The notes under the pieces: model-generated
Database searches by the model: none
Told to the model about the DNA's origin: nothing
What the model saw: the letters and a program-made list of their open reading frames with translations, nothing else
Part shown: positions 27,832-38,169 of the stretch, piece by piece
Layout of the letters: each line of letters starts with the position of its first letter
How positions within the stretch are numbered: position 1 is the stretch's first letter
Program-made: the position numbers and the translations under genes
Assembly: GCA_021817825.1 (NCBI GenBank)
Contig: JAKAFS010000006.1
Coordinates: 1,596-65,595, forward strand
DNA from: Deltaproteobacteria bacterium
GTDB taxonomy: Bacteria > Desulfobacterota > Syntrophia > Syntrophales > UBA5619
DNA length: 64,000 nucleotides
Direction: 5' to 3'

Positions 27832-29490
27832 TTACAGGGTCAGGAGGATGAGGATCTGGGCCAGGAAGACCCGCAGGAACATGGTGAGCGGATAGACCGT
27901 GGCGTAGGAGGTGGCCTGGGCCTGGACCGGGGCGATCGCGTTGGCGAATTCGAGGGCCGGCGGATCGGTCATGGCGCCTGCCAGCACCCCGCAGAGCTTG
28001 AGGTAGTTGTAGCCGAAGCAGCGAAGGAGCGAGCCGATGACGAGCGGCGGGACCAACGTGATGACCGCCCCGTAGAGCATCCAGAGATAGCCGCCGGAAA
28101 GGAGGGTCTTGACGAACTGGCCGCCGGAAAGGAGACCGACGCAGGCCAGAAAGAGGACGATGCCCACCTCGCGGAGCATCATGTTCGCTCCCGGGGTCAT
28201 GTAGAAATCGAACTTGCCGATCCGGCCCTGGTAGCCGATCAGGATGGCGACCAGAAGGGGACCGCCGGCGAGTCCCAGTTTCGCCGGCGCCGGCAGCCCG
28301 GGAAACTGAATGGGAATGCTGCCGACGATGACGCCCAGGAAGATGCCGACGAAGATCGGGACCGTGTTGGGGATGGCCAGTTCCTTGACGGAGTTGCCCA
28401 ATTCCTTGCGGATCTCGTCCAGATCGTCGTGCCTGCCCACGATCCGCACCGTGTCCCCCAACTCCACCGTCGTTTCCAGGGCAGGGAGGATCTCGGTGCC
28501 GGCGCGGATGATCCGGGTGATATTGGCCTCGAAACGGCGGGCGATGCCGAGTTGCTCGATCGTCTTGCCGGCCAGGCGGCGGTTGGTGACCAGGATCTGT
28601 TCGAGCGTCATCTCTCCGCCGATCTCGCGCCGCTCCGACAGGGCCACCTCCCCCATTTTCGACTGTAGGCTTGCGATCTGTTCGAGCTCCGAGACGCCGT
28701 AGAGTTCGTCCCCCTGCTGCAGAACCTCGTCTTCGGAGGCCAGGAGAAATCGGCCGTTGCGCCGGATCCGGGAGACGGCCAGCTCTCTGTCGAAGCTCTT
28801 CTTGATTTCGCCGATCCGCTTTCCCAGAAGGCCGGGGTTGGTGACGGTGACGACGACGCCCTGTAGCTTGTGCTGCCGGTTGAGAAGGCTGTTGTCGTAG
28901 TCCACGATCTCCTGTTCCAGATGGATGCGGAAGAACCAGCGAATCAGCCCCATGGTGAGGATGACGCCCAGGACGCCGAAGGGGTAGGCCAGGGCGTAGC
29001 CCATCGTCGTCACGGCGACGCTCTCTCCGGCCGCCCCCTGGCCGATCAGGGCTTCCTGGGCCGCGCCGAGGCTGGGCGTGTTGGTGACCGACCCGCAGAG
29101 GATTCCGGTGATGACGGCCCCCGGGACCCCTCCGAAGCGGTGAAAGGCATAGGCGATGACGAAACCGAGCAGCACGATGGCGACGGCGATCAGGTTCTGA
29201 TGAAGCCCCTCGTTGCGAAAGGCGTGGAAGAAACGGGGACCCACTTCGATGCCGATCGAATAGACGAAGAGGATAAGGCCGAACTCCCGGACGAAATGGA
29301 GAACCTCGTGGTTGATTTCAGCCCCGAGATGGGCGATGAACAGGCCGGAGAAGAGGACCCCGGCGATTCCCAGCTTGACCTTTCTGATCTCGATCTTGCC
29401 CAAAAGCACGCCCAGCAGGGCGACCAGACTCAGGTAGAGCATGGTGGTGGCCGTGCCTCGGCCGGTGAACAGCTCGGTGATTGCATCCAT
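27832..29490 (-). CDS. YidE/YbjL (AspT) family transporter with TrkA-C domains
   Basis: LGIAGVLFSGL, REFGLILFVYSIG, TNTPSLGAA, GAMTDPPAL, YATVYP. Confidence 0.92.
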   Translation of the reverse strand: MDAITELFTGRGTATTMLYLSLVALLGVLLGKIEIRKVKLGIAGVLFSGLFIAHLGAEINHEVLHFVREFGLILFVYSIGIEVGPRFFHAFRNEGLHQNLIAVAIVLLGFVIAYAFHRFGGVPGAVITGILCGSVTNTPSLGAAQEALIGQGAAGESVAVTTMGYALAYPFGVLGVILTMGLIRWFFRIHLEQEIVDYDNSLLNRQHKLQGVVVTVTNPGLLGKRIGEIKKSFDRELAVSRIRRNGRFLLASEDEVLQQGDELYGVSELEQIASLQSKMGEVALSERREIGGEMTLEQILVTNRRLAGKTIEQLGIARRFEANITRIIRAGTEILPALETTVELGDTVRIVGRHDDLDEIRKELGNSVKELAIPNTVPIFVGIFLGVIVGSIPIQFPGLPAPAKLGLAGGPLLVAILIGYQGRIGKFDFYMTPGANMMLREVGIVLFLACVGLLSGGQFVKTLLSGGYLWMLYGAVITLVPPLVIGSLLRCFGYNYLKLCGVLAGAMTDPPALEFANAIAPVQAQATSYATVYPLTMFLRVFLAQILILLTL

Positions 29491-29645
29491 GAAAGTGAAT
29501 CCTCAACGGTCCTTGTGCCGGATGGGTTCCGCGAATGCCTGCGATATAGGCAAAGACGGGTCCGATGTCAATAGATATCACGCAGGGAAGGCCCGGGAAA
29601 GGCTGATCGGTCCGAGAGGGCGGGTGACAAACCGCCCTGAAGTGG

Positions 29646-30878
29646 TTACATCCGGTTGCCGTAGGTCAGGGCGGTGCGGTCGAGGGCGACGCGCAGCTCG
29701 GCATGGAGGAGCTCCTTGCGGTCCAGAAGGAAGGGGTGGTATTCCAGGCAGGCTTCCTCCAGCCTCACCTCCAGTCCGGCGAGTTTCGGGTAGAGCCGTC
29801 GCTTGTCGGTGAGCAGTTGGGCGAGGGTGACGGCGATCCCTTCGGTCGCCTCGGAAAGCGGGAGGGTGACCGGGTAGAGGGGTGGCGCGGGAAAACGGTT
29901 TTCCCTCTCGCCGAGGGGGCGAAAGACGGTCATCTGCCTTGCCCAGCGGCTGTAGAGAGCCGGATTGACCTTGAAGGCCGGCGACCAAAAATAGAGGGAC
30001 GCTGCCTCGAAGGCCGGGGTGATTGCCTTGGAGAGGTTGGCCAGGCGGATCAGATCGGCATAGGAGGAAAGATCCAGTCCTGCGATCCGGGGCTTCATCC
30101 GCCAAAAGGGGAGGTAGAGGGCGATCTGGGTCGTACCGGCAGGCGGTTTCAGAACGGCGAAGGCGACCCGCTGGAATTCGTTGCCCCGGCATTCCCAGGC
30201 GGAGTCGCAGTTCCGGCAGAGCAGAACGAGGGAATCCTTTTCCCCTTCCAGATCCCGGCCGCAATGCGGGCAGAGGGCGGGGACGAAGCGGACCTCTTTT
30301 GCCGGCGGCGATGAAGATTTTTCAAAAAATTCCCGTCTGTCCGTTCGGCAGTCACAAACGGGCCGGCCGAGAACGGCGTCGAAGAGCCGGTCGCCCCGGA
30401 GGAAGAAAGGGGCGTGGATCAGACTCACCGCGTCGCCGATGAACGCCCGGTGGAAGAGGTCCGGCGACGATGCCGCAAGCTCCGGAATGGCCTGTTTTAC
30501 CGGGAGCTCCGGCGCGATGAACCGTCCCTCCCGGTTGGGGATGGTAAAACGGAGTTTTAGAACCTGCGGGCGAAGTCCCAGCGAGGCGGGAAGTTCCGGA
30601 AGGGGCAAGGCCAGGGCGTTGGCATCGACGAAACGGTGAGTGACCTCGGAATCCCGGACGGAGAAGCAAGAGCCCCGGAGACGCCAGTAAGGGAGGAAGA
30701 GGAGCTGCCCTTCGCCTCCCGCTGCCGGGGGGAGGTAGTAGTGAAAGGGGCCGTCGGCCGCGATGCAGAGGCGCGTCCGGCAGAAGGGACAGGCCAGGAG
30801 CCGGTCCGTTTCGTCGAGCGTCGTCGGCGCCCCGCACTGGGGGCAGCCCTGTTCGATTTGCCAGTTCGCGCCGTTCAC
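29646..30878 (-). CDS. Hypothetical protein with two zinc-ribbon motifs
   Basis: CPQCG...CPFC and CPHCG...CRNC; internally repeated LPYW/LPFW segments. Confidence 0.75.
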   Translation of the reverse strand: MNGANWQIEQGCPQCGAPTTLDETDRLLACPFCRTRLCIAADGPFHYYLPPAAGGEGQLLFLPYWRLRGSCFSVRDSEVTHRFVDANALALPLPELPASLGLRPQVLKLRFTIPNREGRFIAPELPVKQAIPELAASSPDLFHRAFIGDAVSLIHAPFFLRGDRLFDAVLGRPVCDCRTDRREFFEKSSSPPAKEVRFVPALCPHCGRDLEGEKDSLVLLCRNCDSAWECRGNEFQRVAFAVLKPPAGTTQIALYLPFWRMKPRIAGLDLSSYADLIRLANLSKAITPAFEAASLYFWSPAFKVNPALYSRWARQMTVFRPLGERENRFPAPPLYPVTLPLSEATEGIAVTLAQLLTDKRRLYPKLAGLEVRLEEACLEYHPFLLDRKELLHAELRVALDRTALTYGNRM

Positions 30879-30897
30879 CGCAGCCTTTGTGAAAAGT

Positions 30898-31494
30898 TCA
30901 TTCCATGGCCGTCAGGGCCGATTTTTCGGGGAACTTCCCCATGATGCCCCTATAGAAGCCGCGGATCTTCTCCATATCGGCCTCGATATTGCCGGTGGGA
31001 TGGAAGGTCTGGCCGATCCCGCCGACCTTGTGACAGTAATCCAGAAAGCCCATCACGATGGGCACCTTGGCGCCGTCGGCGATTCGGTAAAACCCCGTCT
31101 TCCAGACGGCGACCTTTTCGCGGGTCCCCTCCGGGGAGATGACCATGACCATCCGCTTCATCTCCTGGAAGGCATGGATGGATTGGGCGACCACATTGTT
31201 GGCCTTCGACCGGTCGATGGGGATGCCTCCCAGCCAGCGGAAGAAACCATGGAGCGGCCAGCGGAAGAGGGCGGCCTTTCCCATCCAGCAGATCTTCATC
31301 CGATAGGAGAAGACCAGGGCCATCGTGAGGGGAAAATCCCAATTGGAGGTGTGCGGCGCGGCGATGAGGACGAACTTGTCGATGGCGGGCGGATGGCCGG
31401 ACCTTCGCCAACCCGACAGCTTCAGGAAGAGCAGGGATGCCACCTGCAATAGATATTTGAGCAACGGGACATCAAAGATGGTCGATTGTTTCAT
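30898..31494 (-). CDS. Lysophospholipid/glycerol acyltransferase (PlsC-like)
   Basis: PHTSNWD, ISPEGTR, WKTGFYRIA. Confidence 0.92.
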   Translation of the reverse strand: MKQSTIFDVPLLKYLLQVASLLFLKLSGWRRSGHPPAIDKFVLIAAPHTSNWDFPLTMALVFSYRMKICWMGKAALFRWPLHGFFRWLGGIPIDRSKANNVVAQSIHAFQEMKRMVMVISPEGTREKVAVWKTGFYRIADGAKVPIVMGFLDYCHKVGGIGQTFHPTGNIEADMEKIRGFYRGIMGKFPEKSALTAME

Positions 31495-31708
31495 TGAACA
31501 TTTTGCCTTCGATTGTATTTGATGATTTCCGGATTATCGATCAAAAGAGGTGGGCGCAAGATCATCGCAAAAAACATCGCAGGGACATTATCGGAAATAC
31601 CGGCGAACCGCAAGCGCTATTATCTCGGTTGGCCTTCGGGCAGGGGGAGGACGACTGGGAGGAGAAGCGGGCAAAGGAGGCCTGACCGGTTTTTCGCGTG
31701 ACCCGTTA

Positions 31709-31738
31709 AGGAGCCGGGGGCGACCGCCCCCGGCTCCT
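31709..31738 (-). terminator. GC-rich hairpin ending the ybhJ-dehydrogenase operon
   Basis: AGGAGCCGGGGGCG-ac-CGCCCCCGGCTCCT perfect inverted repeat just downstream of the stop at 31751. Confidence 0.65.
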
Positions 31739-31750
31739 GTCGGCGGAGTT

Positions 31751-32710
31751 TTAATCTTCTTCCGCGATGGCGAGCGAAAGGGGCTTTTGCCCTGCGGCGA
31801 CCCGCTGGATGTTCTCCCAGGCAAACTGGGATCTCCGAAACCAGCCCTCATAGGAATGGCCGGCCGAATGGGGGGTCAGCAGCACATTTTCCAGTTCGAG
31901 CAGCGGGTTGTCGGGAGCGATGGGTTCCTTTTCGAACACATCCAGGCCGGCCCCGGCGATTTGCTTCGCCTTCAGCGCCTCGACCAATGCTTTTTCGTCC
32001 ACAATCGGTCCGCGGCTCGCATTCAGAAGGATGGCATTGGGCTTCATCAGCGACAGCGCCTGCTTCCCGATCAGGCCGCGGGTTTCTTTGAGCAGCGGGA
32101 GGTGGAGCGAGATGATGTCCGCTTTTTGCAGCAGTTCCTCAAGCGAGACCCGGCGGGCGCCCAGCTCTTTTTCGATTTCGGCGGACGGAAAAACATCATA
32201 ATAGAGGATGTCGGTTTCAAAAGATTTGAAACGCCTGGCCACCTTCCGGCCGATGTTGCCCGCTCCGATCAGCCCCAGCGTCTTTCCCGCCACTTCGAAG
32301 GTATTGAAGCCCGTGATCGGCTTGCGCCAAGTGCCTTTGCGAACCGACTGGTCGCTTTCCCGCAGGCGTCTGTAGAGGGCCAGCAGCATCGCCACGCTGT
32401 GCTCGGCCACTGCCCAGCCATTGACGCCGCCGTTGGTAGCGACGGGAATTCCCAGCTCCGCCGCCAGCTTGAGATCGATCTCGTCATAGCCGGCGGTCAA
32501 AAGCTGGAGCAGCCGCAGCGACTTGGCCTCTTTCATGATTTCCTGGGAAACCGCTGCCGGGTGAAGGACGAGAAACTCGACCTCCTTGAGCAGGGTTTTA
32601 TCCTGCAAAGGGTAGGGCTGCCAGGAAACCGCAAAGCCTTCCGGCGCTTTTCCGCAGAAGATCTTGGCGACCTCTTCGCGTTGCCCGGTGATAAAAAGAA
32701 CTTTTTTCAT
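31751..32710 (-). CDS. D-isomer-specific 2-hydroxyacid dehydrogenase
   Basis: AVAEH, GLIGAGNIG, NASRG, EKEP, TPHSAG; AGGAGG RBS. Confidence 0.93.
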   Translation of the reverse strand: MKKVLFITGQREEVAKIFCGKAPEGFAVSWQPYPLQDKTLLKEVEFLVLHPAAVSQEIMKEAKSLRLLQLLTAGYDEIDLKLAAELGIPVATNGGVNGWAVAEHSVAMLLALYRRLRESDQSVRKGTWRKPITGFNTFEVAGKTLGLIGAGNIGRKVARRFKSFETDILYYDVFPSAEIEKELGARRVSLEELLQKADIISLHLPLLKETRGLIGKQALSLMKPNAILLNASRGPIVDEKALVEALKAKQIAGAGLDVFEKEPIAPDNPLLELENVLLTPHSAGHSYEGWFRRSQFAWENIQRVAAGQKPLSLAIAEED

Positions 32711-32763
32711 GTGCACCTCCTTAATGTCGATGTAAGTGGCGAACTCCCAATTCCGGTTATGGG

Positions 32764-35103
32764 TCACTGGGCATAGTAATTGATCAGGCAGCCGGACAGC
32801 AGAATCGCCCGATCGTCCCGGGAGAGCCCCTCCAGATTGAGGGCGATGGGTTTCCGGATGCCGTCGTGGATCAAAAAGGCGGCGATCTTCTCGGCGCCCT
32901 CCTGCACGGCCTTGCGAATCCCGGGAACATAGAGGAGATCGCTGACGGCCAGCTCCGCAGTCTCTCCCGGGGCTACCGTGAAAGGCAGGAGTCCCCAGTT
33001 GATCAGGTTGCTCCGGTAACGCTTCGTGGCGTATTCGACGGCGATATTGGCCTGACCGCCGAGGACCTTCTGGCACGACGCCGCCTGCTCGCGGGCCGAG
33101 CCGTCCCCCGGTTTGATCGCGAAGACCAGGCTGCCCAACCCCGTGCGCGACAGCCAATCGCGCAGAGTCTCCGGCGTCGGTTTTACCTCGGCGGGCAGGG
33201 AGGCGAGAAACTGCGTCAGCTCGGGCGACTCGCTGCCCCCGGCGAGAAAGGCCAGTCGCTGGGATTCCAGTTTGTTTGCCGCCTTGGCCCGGGCCACATA
33301 ACCGGGGTCTTTACGCGACAGGGTGAATTCGGCCAGTTTCAACGGGTCGGAGCGATAGGACGAGGTTTCTCCCGAGGGGATCAACTCGTCCGTGGTCGTG
33401 ACCGGGTCGCGGATCACCGAGGCCAGGGTCAGCAGCATGTCCTCCGCCAGCGGCTGCATCCGCGGCCAGTCGGCGATGTTCGGTCCCAATTGCAGCGGCT
33501 CTTCGCCTTTGGCCTTTCCGAATCCCTGGTAGACCCGCGTTTGGTAGATCGATCCGTCGAAGACATATTCGGCCGACGCCGTGGGGCAATCCACCTCCGT
33601 GGCCGGTGTGAGCAGTCCGTTGTTGAGCGCCGTGGCGGCGATCGACCGGGCGTCCATCAGGGCCACCGAGGCGATCTGGCCGCTGGACGGTTTCGATCCC
33701 TCCCGGTTCGGAAAGTTGCGCGTCGCATGGCGGATGCACAGGCCGTTGTTGCCCGGCGTATCGCCGGCGCCGAAGCAGGGGCCGCAGAAGGCCGTGCGGA
33801 TCGTCACCCCGGCGTTCATCAGCGTTGCCATCGACCCGTTGCGGGTCAAGGCCAGTCCGACCGGCTGGCTCGCCGGGTAGACGCTCAGCGAAAAGGCCCC
33901 ATCGCCGATCGACTTTCCGCCCATGATGCCCGCCACCGCCGCCAGGTTGTCGAAGGTCCCGCCGGCGCAGCCGCCGACCACCCCCTGGTCCACCCGGAGA
34001 CGGCCGCCGACGAGTTTCTCGGTCAGACGCAGTTTCAGGTTGGGATTCTCGATCATCTTGTTTCCCGCCTCTTCCACCTCTTTGAGGATCTCCGCGGCAT
34101 GGCGGTTGAACTCGGCGATCGGCCAGGCGTTGCTGGGGTGGAAGGGCAGGGCGATCATCGGCTCCACCCGGCCAAGGTTGATCTCGATGATCCTGTCGTA
34201 CCAGCAGAGGTCGCCGGGTTCCAGGAGGCGATAATCCTCCGGACGCCCGTGGTTTCTGTACCACGCCTCCACCTTGTCATCGGTCCGCCAGATCGAGGAG
34301 AGGCAGGTCGATTCGGTGGTCATCACGTCGATCCCGTTGCGGAAGTCCATCGGCAGATTGCCGATCCCCGGACCGATGAACTCCAGGACCTTGTTTTTCA
34401 CGAGCCCCTTGGGAAACACGGCCCTAAGGAGCGCCAAAGAGACGTCCTGAGGTCCTACCCCGGGAAGCGGCTGTCCCGTGAGGAGAACGGCCACCACCTC
34501 GGGACGGGGCAGTTCGTAAGGCTTGGAAAGGAGCTGCTTGACGAGTTCGGGTCCCCCCTCGCCGATTCCCATCGTTCCCAGGGCCCCGTAGCGGGTGTGG
34601 CTGTCCGAGGCCAGGATCATCCGGCCGCAACCGGCCATCATCTCCCGGAGATACTGGTGGATCACCGCCATATGGGCGGGAACGAAGATCCCCCCGTACT
34701 TGCGGGCCGCCGACAGGCCGAAGAGATGGTCGTCCCGGTTGATCGTCCCGCCGACGGCGCAGAGGCTGTTATGACAGTTCGTCAGCACATAGGGGACGGG
34801 AAAAACCTCCATCCCGCTGGCCCGGGCCGATTGGATGATCCCCACATAGGTGATGTCATGCGACGCCAGCGAATCGAACTTAAGCTTCAGGGTCTGCGGG
34901 TCTTCCGAATGATCGTGGGCGGCAAGAATTTGATAGGCAAGGGTTCCGCGACGGGCCGACTCCCGGTCGATCGCCCCTTTCCAGGGCTCAAGGCCCGCCG
35001 ACTCCAGGCGGCGATTGAGCTGCGCGGGAGAACCTGTTTCCGCCTCCTCGACGACCAAGCGCCCCTGAAATACAAATGCCGCCTTTTCCGATACTTTTAC
35101 CAT
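32764..35103 (-). CDS. ybhJ: Aconitase-family hydratase, YbhJ-like
   Basis: KFDSLASHDITYVGII, LTNCHNSLCAVGGTIN.DDH, SDSHTRYGALG, GGCAGG, FCGPCFG, TTTDELIPSGETSSYRS. Confidence 0.9.
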   Translation of the reverse strand: MVKVSEKAAFVFQGRLVVEEAETGSPAQLNRRLESAGLEPWKGAIDRESARRGTLAYQILAAHDHSEDPQTLKLKFDSLASHDITYVGIIQSARASGMEVFPVPYVLTNCHNSLCAVGGTINRDDHLFGLSAARKYGGIFVPAHMAVIHQYLREMMAGCGRMILASDSHTRYGALGTMGIGEGGPELVKQLLSKPYELPRPEVVAVLLTGQPLPGVGPQDVSLALLRAVFPKGLVKNKVLEFIGPGIGNLPMDFRNGIDVMTTESTCLSSIWRTDDKVEAWYRNHGRPEDYRLLEPGDLCWYDRIIEINLGRVEPMIALPFHPSNAWPIAEFNRHAAEILKEVEEAGNKMIENPNLKLRLTEKLVGGRLRVDQGVVGGCAGGTFDNLAAVAGIMGGKSIGDGAFSLSVYPASQPVGLALTRNGSMATLMNAGVTIRTAFCGPCFGAGDTPGNNGLCIRHATRNFPNREGSKPSSGQIASVALMDARSIAATALNNGLLTPATEVDCPTASAEYVFDGSIYQTRVYQGFGKAKGEEPLQLGPNIADWPRMQPLAEDMLLTLASVIRDPVTTTDELIPSGETSSYRSDPLKLAEFTLSRKDPGYVARAKAANKLESQRLAFLAGGSESPELTQFLASLPAEVKPTPETLRDWLSRTGLGSLVFAIKPGDGSAREQAASCQKVLGGQANIAVEYATKRYRSNLINWGLLPFTVAPGETAELAVSDLLYVPGIRKAVQEGAEKIAAFLIHDGIRKPIALNLEGLSRDDRAILLSGCLINYYAQ

Positions 35104-35159
35104 TGCTGTTTTACCCCCTTATTTCAGATTTATAGCAGGGACTGTTTTGAAAAGGGGAT

Positions 35160-35175
35160 AGCATGTTTCGTGCCA
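35160..35175 (-). promoter_or_regulatory. Sigma-54 (-24/-12) promoter for the ybhJ operon
   Basis: Minus strand reads TGGCACGAAACATGCT (GG-N10-GC), about 57 bp upstream of the ybhJ start and adjacent to a bEBP gene. Confidence 0.78.
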
Positions 35176-35429
35176 TGAAAATTACCTTCGCCGGAAGGGC
35201 AAAGGGCGGGGACGGATGGGAAAGTCGCCCGGCCGCGAGAGTCCCGGTCTGCCCTCGGGATTCTGGCTCGCCGCGCTTTTTCTCCCGCCGCCCCATTGCG
35301 CATGTCTCCCGCGAATTCATCAAGACAAAGGGCCGCTTGGCGCCCTTCTTTCTAATTTGCTTGACAATGTGTAACAAATATATAACAGACAGATGCATAA
35401 TTGAAATACCTGATGCCGGAGGGCAAACC

Positions 35430-37412
35430 ATGCAGGACAAACCATATCAGATTGGCGTGCTTGTTTCCAGTATGCCGCTTATCGAGAAAATTCAAGAGCT
35501 GGCTAAGAAAGAGGGACACATCATCCATAGTTCCCGGGCCGCTTTCGAGGAGGCGGTGGCTGACGGCAAAAAGATGGAGGCCAGTGGCGTAGAGGTGATT
35601 ATCAGCCGCCGGGGGCTGGCCCAAATGCTCCGCACCAACCTGCGGATTCCGGTGTTGTCGATTCCCTATGCCTCCGTCGATGCCCTTAAAAGCCTCAAGC
35701 AGGCCTCCGAGCTGGGCCGCAAGATCCTGCTGGCATCCTTTATGGAAAAGATAGACCGCATTGAGGTGATCGCAGAATTTCTCAATGTGGAGATCAAACA
35801 GTTCGTGTATGCGGATATTGCTTCCCTGGACGAAGGGCTTCGGTCCGCGGAAAGCCAGGGCTATGAGGTGGTTGTGGGCGGCCGTTGGACCATGCGCACC
35901 GCGGAGAAGCTGCGGACCATGAAGTATGTGCAATTGAGATCGATCGATATCGATGAGGATATTGCGGCGACCATCGAAAGCGCGACATCGGTCGCCCAGG
36001 TCAACCGGGAAGAGAAAAAAAGGACCTATCGGTACCAGTGCATCATCGATGCCACGACGGAAGGGATCATCGCCGTCGACAATAAAGGCCGGGTCAACGC
36101 CATCAACAAGGCGGCGAAGAACTTCATGAATATCACGGCCGCGAATATCATGGGGCAGCCGATCAGTTCGTTCATCAACAGCCCTTCGGTGTTGGATTTT
36201 CTCAATGCCAAAGCGCCCATCTGGAACAAGCTCGAGAAAATCAATGATGAAATGTTCGTGTTCAACCACCTCCCGGTCGAGATGAGTAAGGAGATCATCG
36301 GAGGGGTATCGACCTTCAAGGACGTCAACAATGTGATGGTGGCGGAAAATGCCGTCCGGCAATCGTTGACCAAAGGATTTGTGGCCAAGTATTCCATCGC
36401 TGATCTCGTTCATGCCGACCCGGCGATGCGGAACGTGGTCACCAAGGCCCGGCAGTTTGCCAAGACGGATTCGACCATCCTGCTGGTCGGTGCGACCGGG
36501 ACCGGGAAGGAGATCCTGGCGCAAAGCATCCACAATCTCAGCCCCAGAGCGGAAAATCCCTTCGTCAGTTTGCATTGCGGAGCGCTTCCCGAATCGCTGC
36601 TCGAAAGTGAACTCTTCGGATACGAAGAAGGCGCCTTTACGGGCTCCAAGAAGCGAGGCAGCGCCGGCCGGTTTGAAATGGCCCATACCGGGACTCTCTT
36701 TCTCGACGAAATCGACACCACGCCGCTCAATGTCCAGACCCGTTTGCTCCGGGTTCTTCAGGAAAAAGAAGTGATGCGGTTGGGCGGAGGGCACAAAATT
36801 CCCGTCAACATCCGGATCATTGCGGCGGCCGGCCGGGATTTGGCGTCCGCCCTCCAGGAGGGGCGTTTCCGGGAGGATCTTTTTTTCCGGCTGAATGTGC
36901 TGCGGATCAATATCCCGCCTTTGAAGGACCGCGCGAAAGACATTCCGGTTCTTCTTAAGCATTACATCGGCCAGCTGTCGGCAAAAAACGGACTGGAGCC
37001 GATCTCGCTGCCTTCTGCCTATGTGCAAAAGCTGATGGCCTATTCGTGGCCCGGTAACGTTCGCCAACTGCGCAATTTCGTGGAGTGTCTGGTGCTCAAT
37101 TCCCATCTGCGCTCCCACACGACCCCGCTTGAGGAGCTCTATGAAGAATTTTATGAGGAGCTGATGCAGTACGGTCCGGAAAATAAGATCGCTGAATCTG
37201 TAAAAGAGGCGAAGTCGATCAAAAAGGGGATGAAAGAACGAAAGCGGGATCAGGAATCGATCATCATTTGGGAGGCCCTGGAGGAGGCCAAATTCAACAA
37301 AACCAGGGCGGCGAAGGCGTTGGGCATCACCAGAACAACCCTTTGGCGTAAAATGAAAGAAGCGGGATACGACCTTCTTCCTCAAGACTCGGCAAATAGG
37401 CAGGAAAATTAG
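35430..37412 (+). CDS. Sigma-54-dependent activator, PrpR-like (PrpR_N, PAS, AAA+, HTH)
   Basis: VEVIISRRG N-terminal domain, PAS, GATGTGKE, ESELFGYEEGAFTGS, LFLDEI, FREDLFFRLN, WPGNVRQL, AAKALGITRTTLWRKM. Confidence 0.93.
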   Translation: MQDKPYQIGVLVSSMPLIEKIQELAKKEGHIIHSSRAAFEEAVADGKKMEASGVEVIISRRGLAQMLRTNLRIPVLSIPYASVDALKSLKQASELGRKILLASFMEKIDRIEVIAEFLNVEIKQFVYADIASLDEGLRSAESQGYEVVVGGRWTMRTAEKLRTMKYVQLRSIDIDEDIAATIESATSVAQVNREEKKRTYRYQCIIDATTEGIIAVDNKGRVNAINKAAKNFMNITAANIMGQPISSFINSPSVLDFLNAKAPIWNKLEKINDEMFVFNHLPVEMSKEIIGGVSTFKDVNNVMVAENAVRQSLTKGFVAKYSIADLVHADPAMRNVVTKARQFAKTDSTILLVGATGTGKEILAQSIHNLSPRAENPFVSLHCGALPESLLESELFGYEEGAFTGSKKRGSAGRFEMAHTGTLFLDEIDTTPLNVQTRLLRVLQEKEVMRLGGGHKIPVNIRIIAAAGRDLASALQEGRFREDLFFRLNVLRINIPPLKDRAKDIPVLLKHYIGQLSAKNGLEPISLPSAYVQKLMAYSWPGNVRQLRNFVECLVLNSHLRSHTTPLEELYEEFYEELMQYGPENKIAESVKEAKSIKKGMKERKRDQESIIIWEALEEAKFNKTRAAKALGITRTTLWRKMKEAGYDLLPQDSANRQEN

Positions 37413-37674
37413 CGGTCCTCGGGTCTTGGAGCCCTTGGGCAATGGGTCGGTTTGGCTCGCAGATGCCTCATGAGATGCGTCTGCACGCGCCAAGTCGACT
37501 CACTCATTGTCGGCCCTTGATTGGGGTAGGCTTGTGGCGTCGGATGTGGTATGCCGTCTGTGCAATGGCCCTTTCGCTCTCTCTTCTGCACCCTGCTTTG
37601 ATCTGTAGAAACTGTCTTGAAGCGTTTCGTCATCGGAAGGAAGCCTGCATTGTCGATGGTTGTCGTAGGGCTTC

Positions 37675-37725
37675 TGTTACATTCTGCTTAAATAAGTAAA
37701 CAGTCCCCTGAACAAAAATGTAACA
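37675..37725 (+). promoter_or_regulatory. Putative bEBP upstream activator sequence, copy 1
   Basis: TGTTACATT-N33-AATGTAACA perfect 9-bp inverted repeat; 42/51 identical, ungapped, to 57096-57146. Confidence 0.75.
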
Positions 37726-37800
37726 TAGCGATGAGGCTCTCGGGCCCTCGAATAGCGTCCGATCCCGGTCTGTAGGCGATTAAACGTAACGTCGGTGTCC

Positions 37801-37816
37801 TGGCATCTGTCTTGCT
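37801..37816 (+). promoter_or_regulatory. Sigma-54 promoter for citDEF
   Basis: TGGCATCTGTCTTGCT, near-consensus TGGCAC-N5-TTGCW. Confidence 0.88.
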
Positions 37817-37863
37817 TTGACTAGGTAAGACGCAGAGCTGCGCTGCAAAAAAGCACTCAGGAG

Positions 37864-38169
37864 ATGATGAAGCGTATGGCACGTCAAGCGACCAGAATTC
37901 GTCGTGAATCCAAAGCCGGCCTTGATGAAAAAGGTGATATCGTCGTTTGCCTTTCCCCGGGGAAGAAGAACAGCGGCATCGAGATGGAGATTGAGAGCAC
38001 CGTCAAGTCCCTCTTTGGCGAGCAGATCCGCGCCTCGATCCGGGAAATTATCGAAGAATACGGCATTGCGGATTTGAAGATTGCGGTCCGCGACCAGGGG
38101 GCGTTGGATTATGCGATCCGGGCTCGGGTGCAAACCGCCATCGAGAGGGCCCTAAAGGAGTGTGAATAA
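37864..38169 (+). CDS. citD: Citrate lyase acyl carrier protein-like (gamma) subunit; attachment Ser replaced by Lys
   Basis: ESTVKSLFGEQIR, DQGALDYAIRARV; AGLDEKGD in place of AGTLESGD; start may be 37876. Confidence 0.85.
   Translation: MMKRMARQATRIRRESKAGLDEKGDIVVCLSPGKKNSGIEMEIESTVKSLFGEQIRASIREIIEEYGIADLKIAVRDQGALDYAIRARVQTAIERALKECE

Noticed and set aside
32866-35178. 770-aa + strand ORF, and similar long antisense ORFs (12597-15290, 18208-20262, 22162-24111, 35352-37493, 38819-40801, 46742-48730, 59407-61239)
   Set aside because: They are shadows of well-supported genes on the opposite strand in GC-rich DNA, with no motifs of their own
37877-37892. TGGCACG at the start of citD as another sigma-54 site
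   Set aside because: GG-to-GC spacing is 8 rather than 10, and it lies within coding sequence
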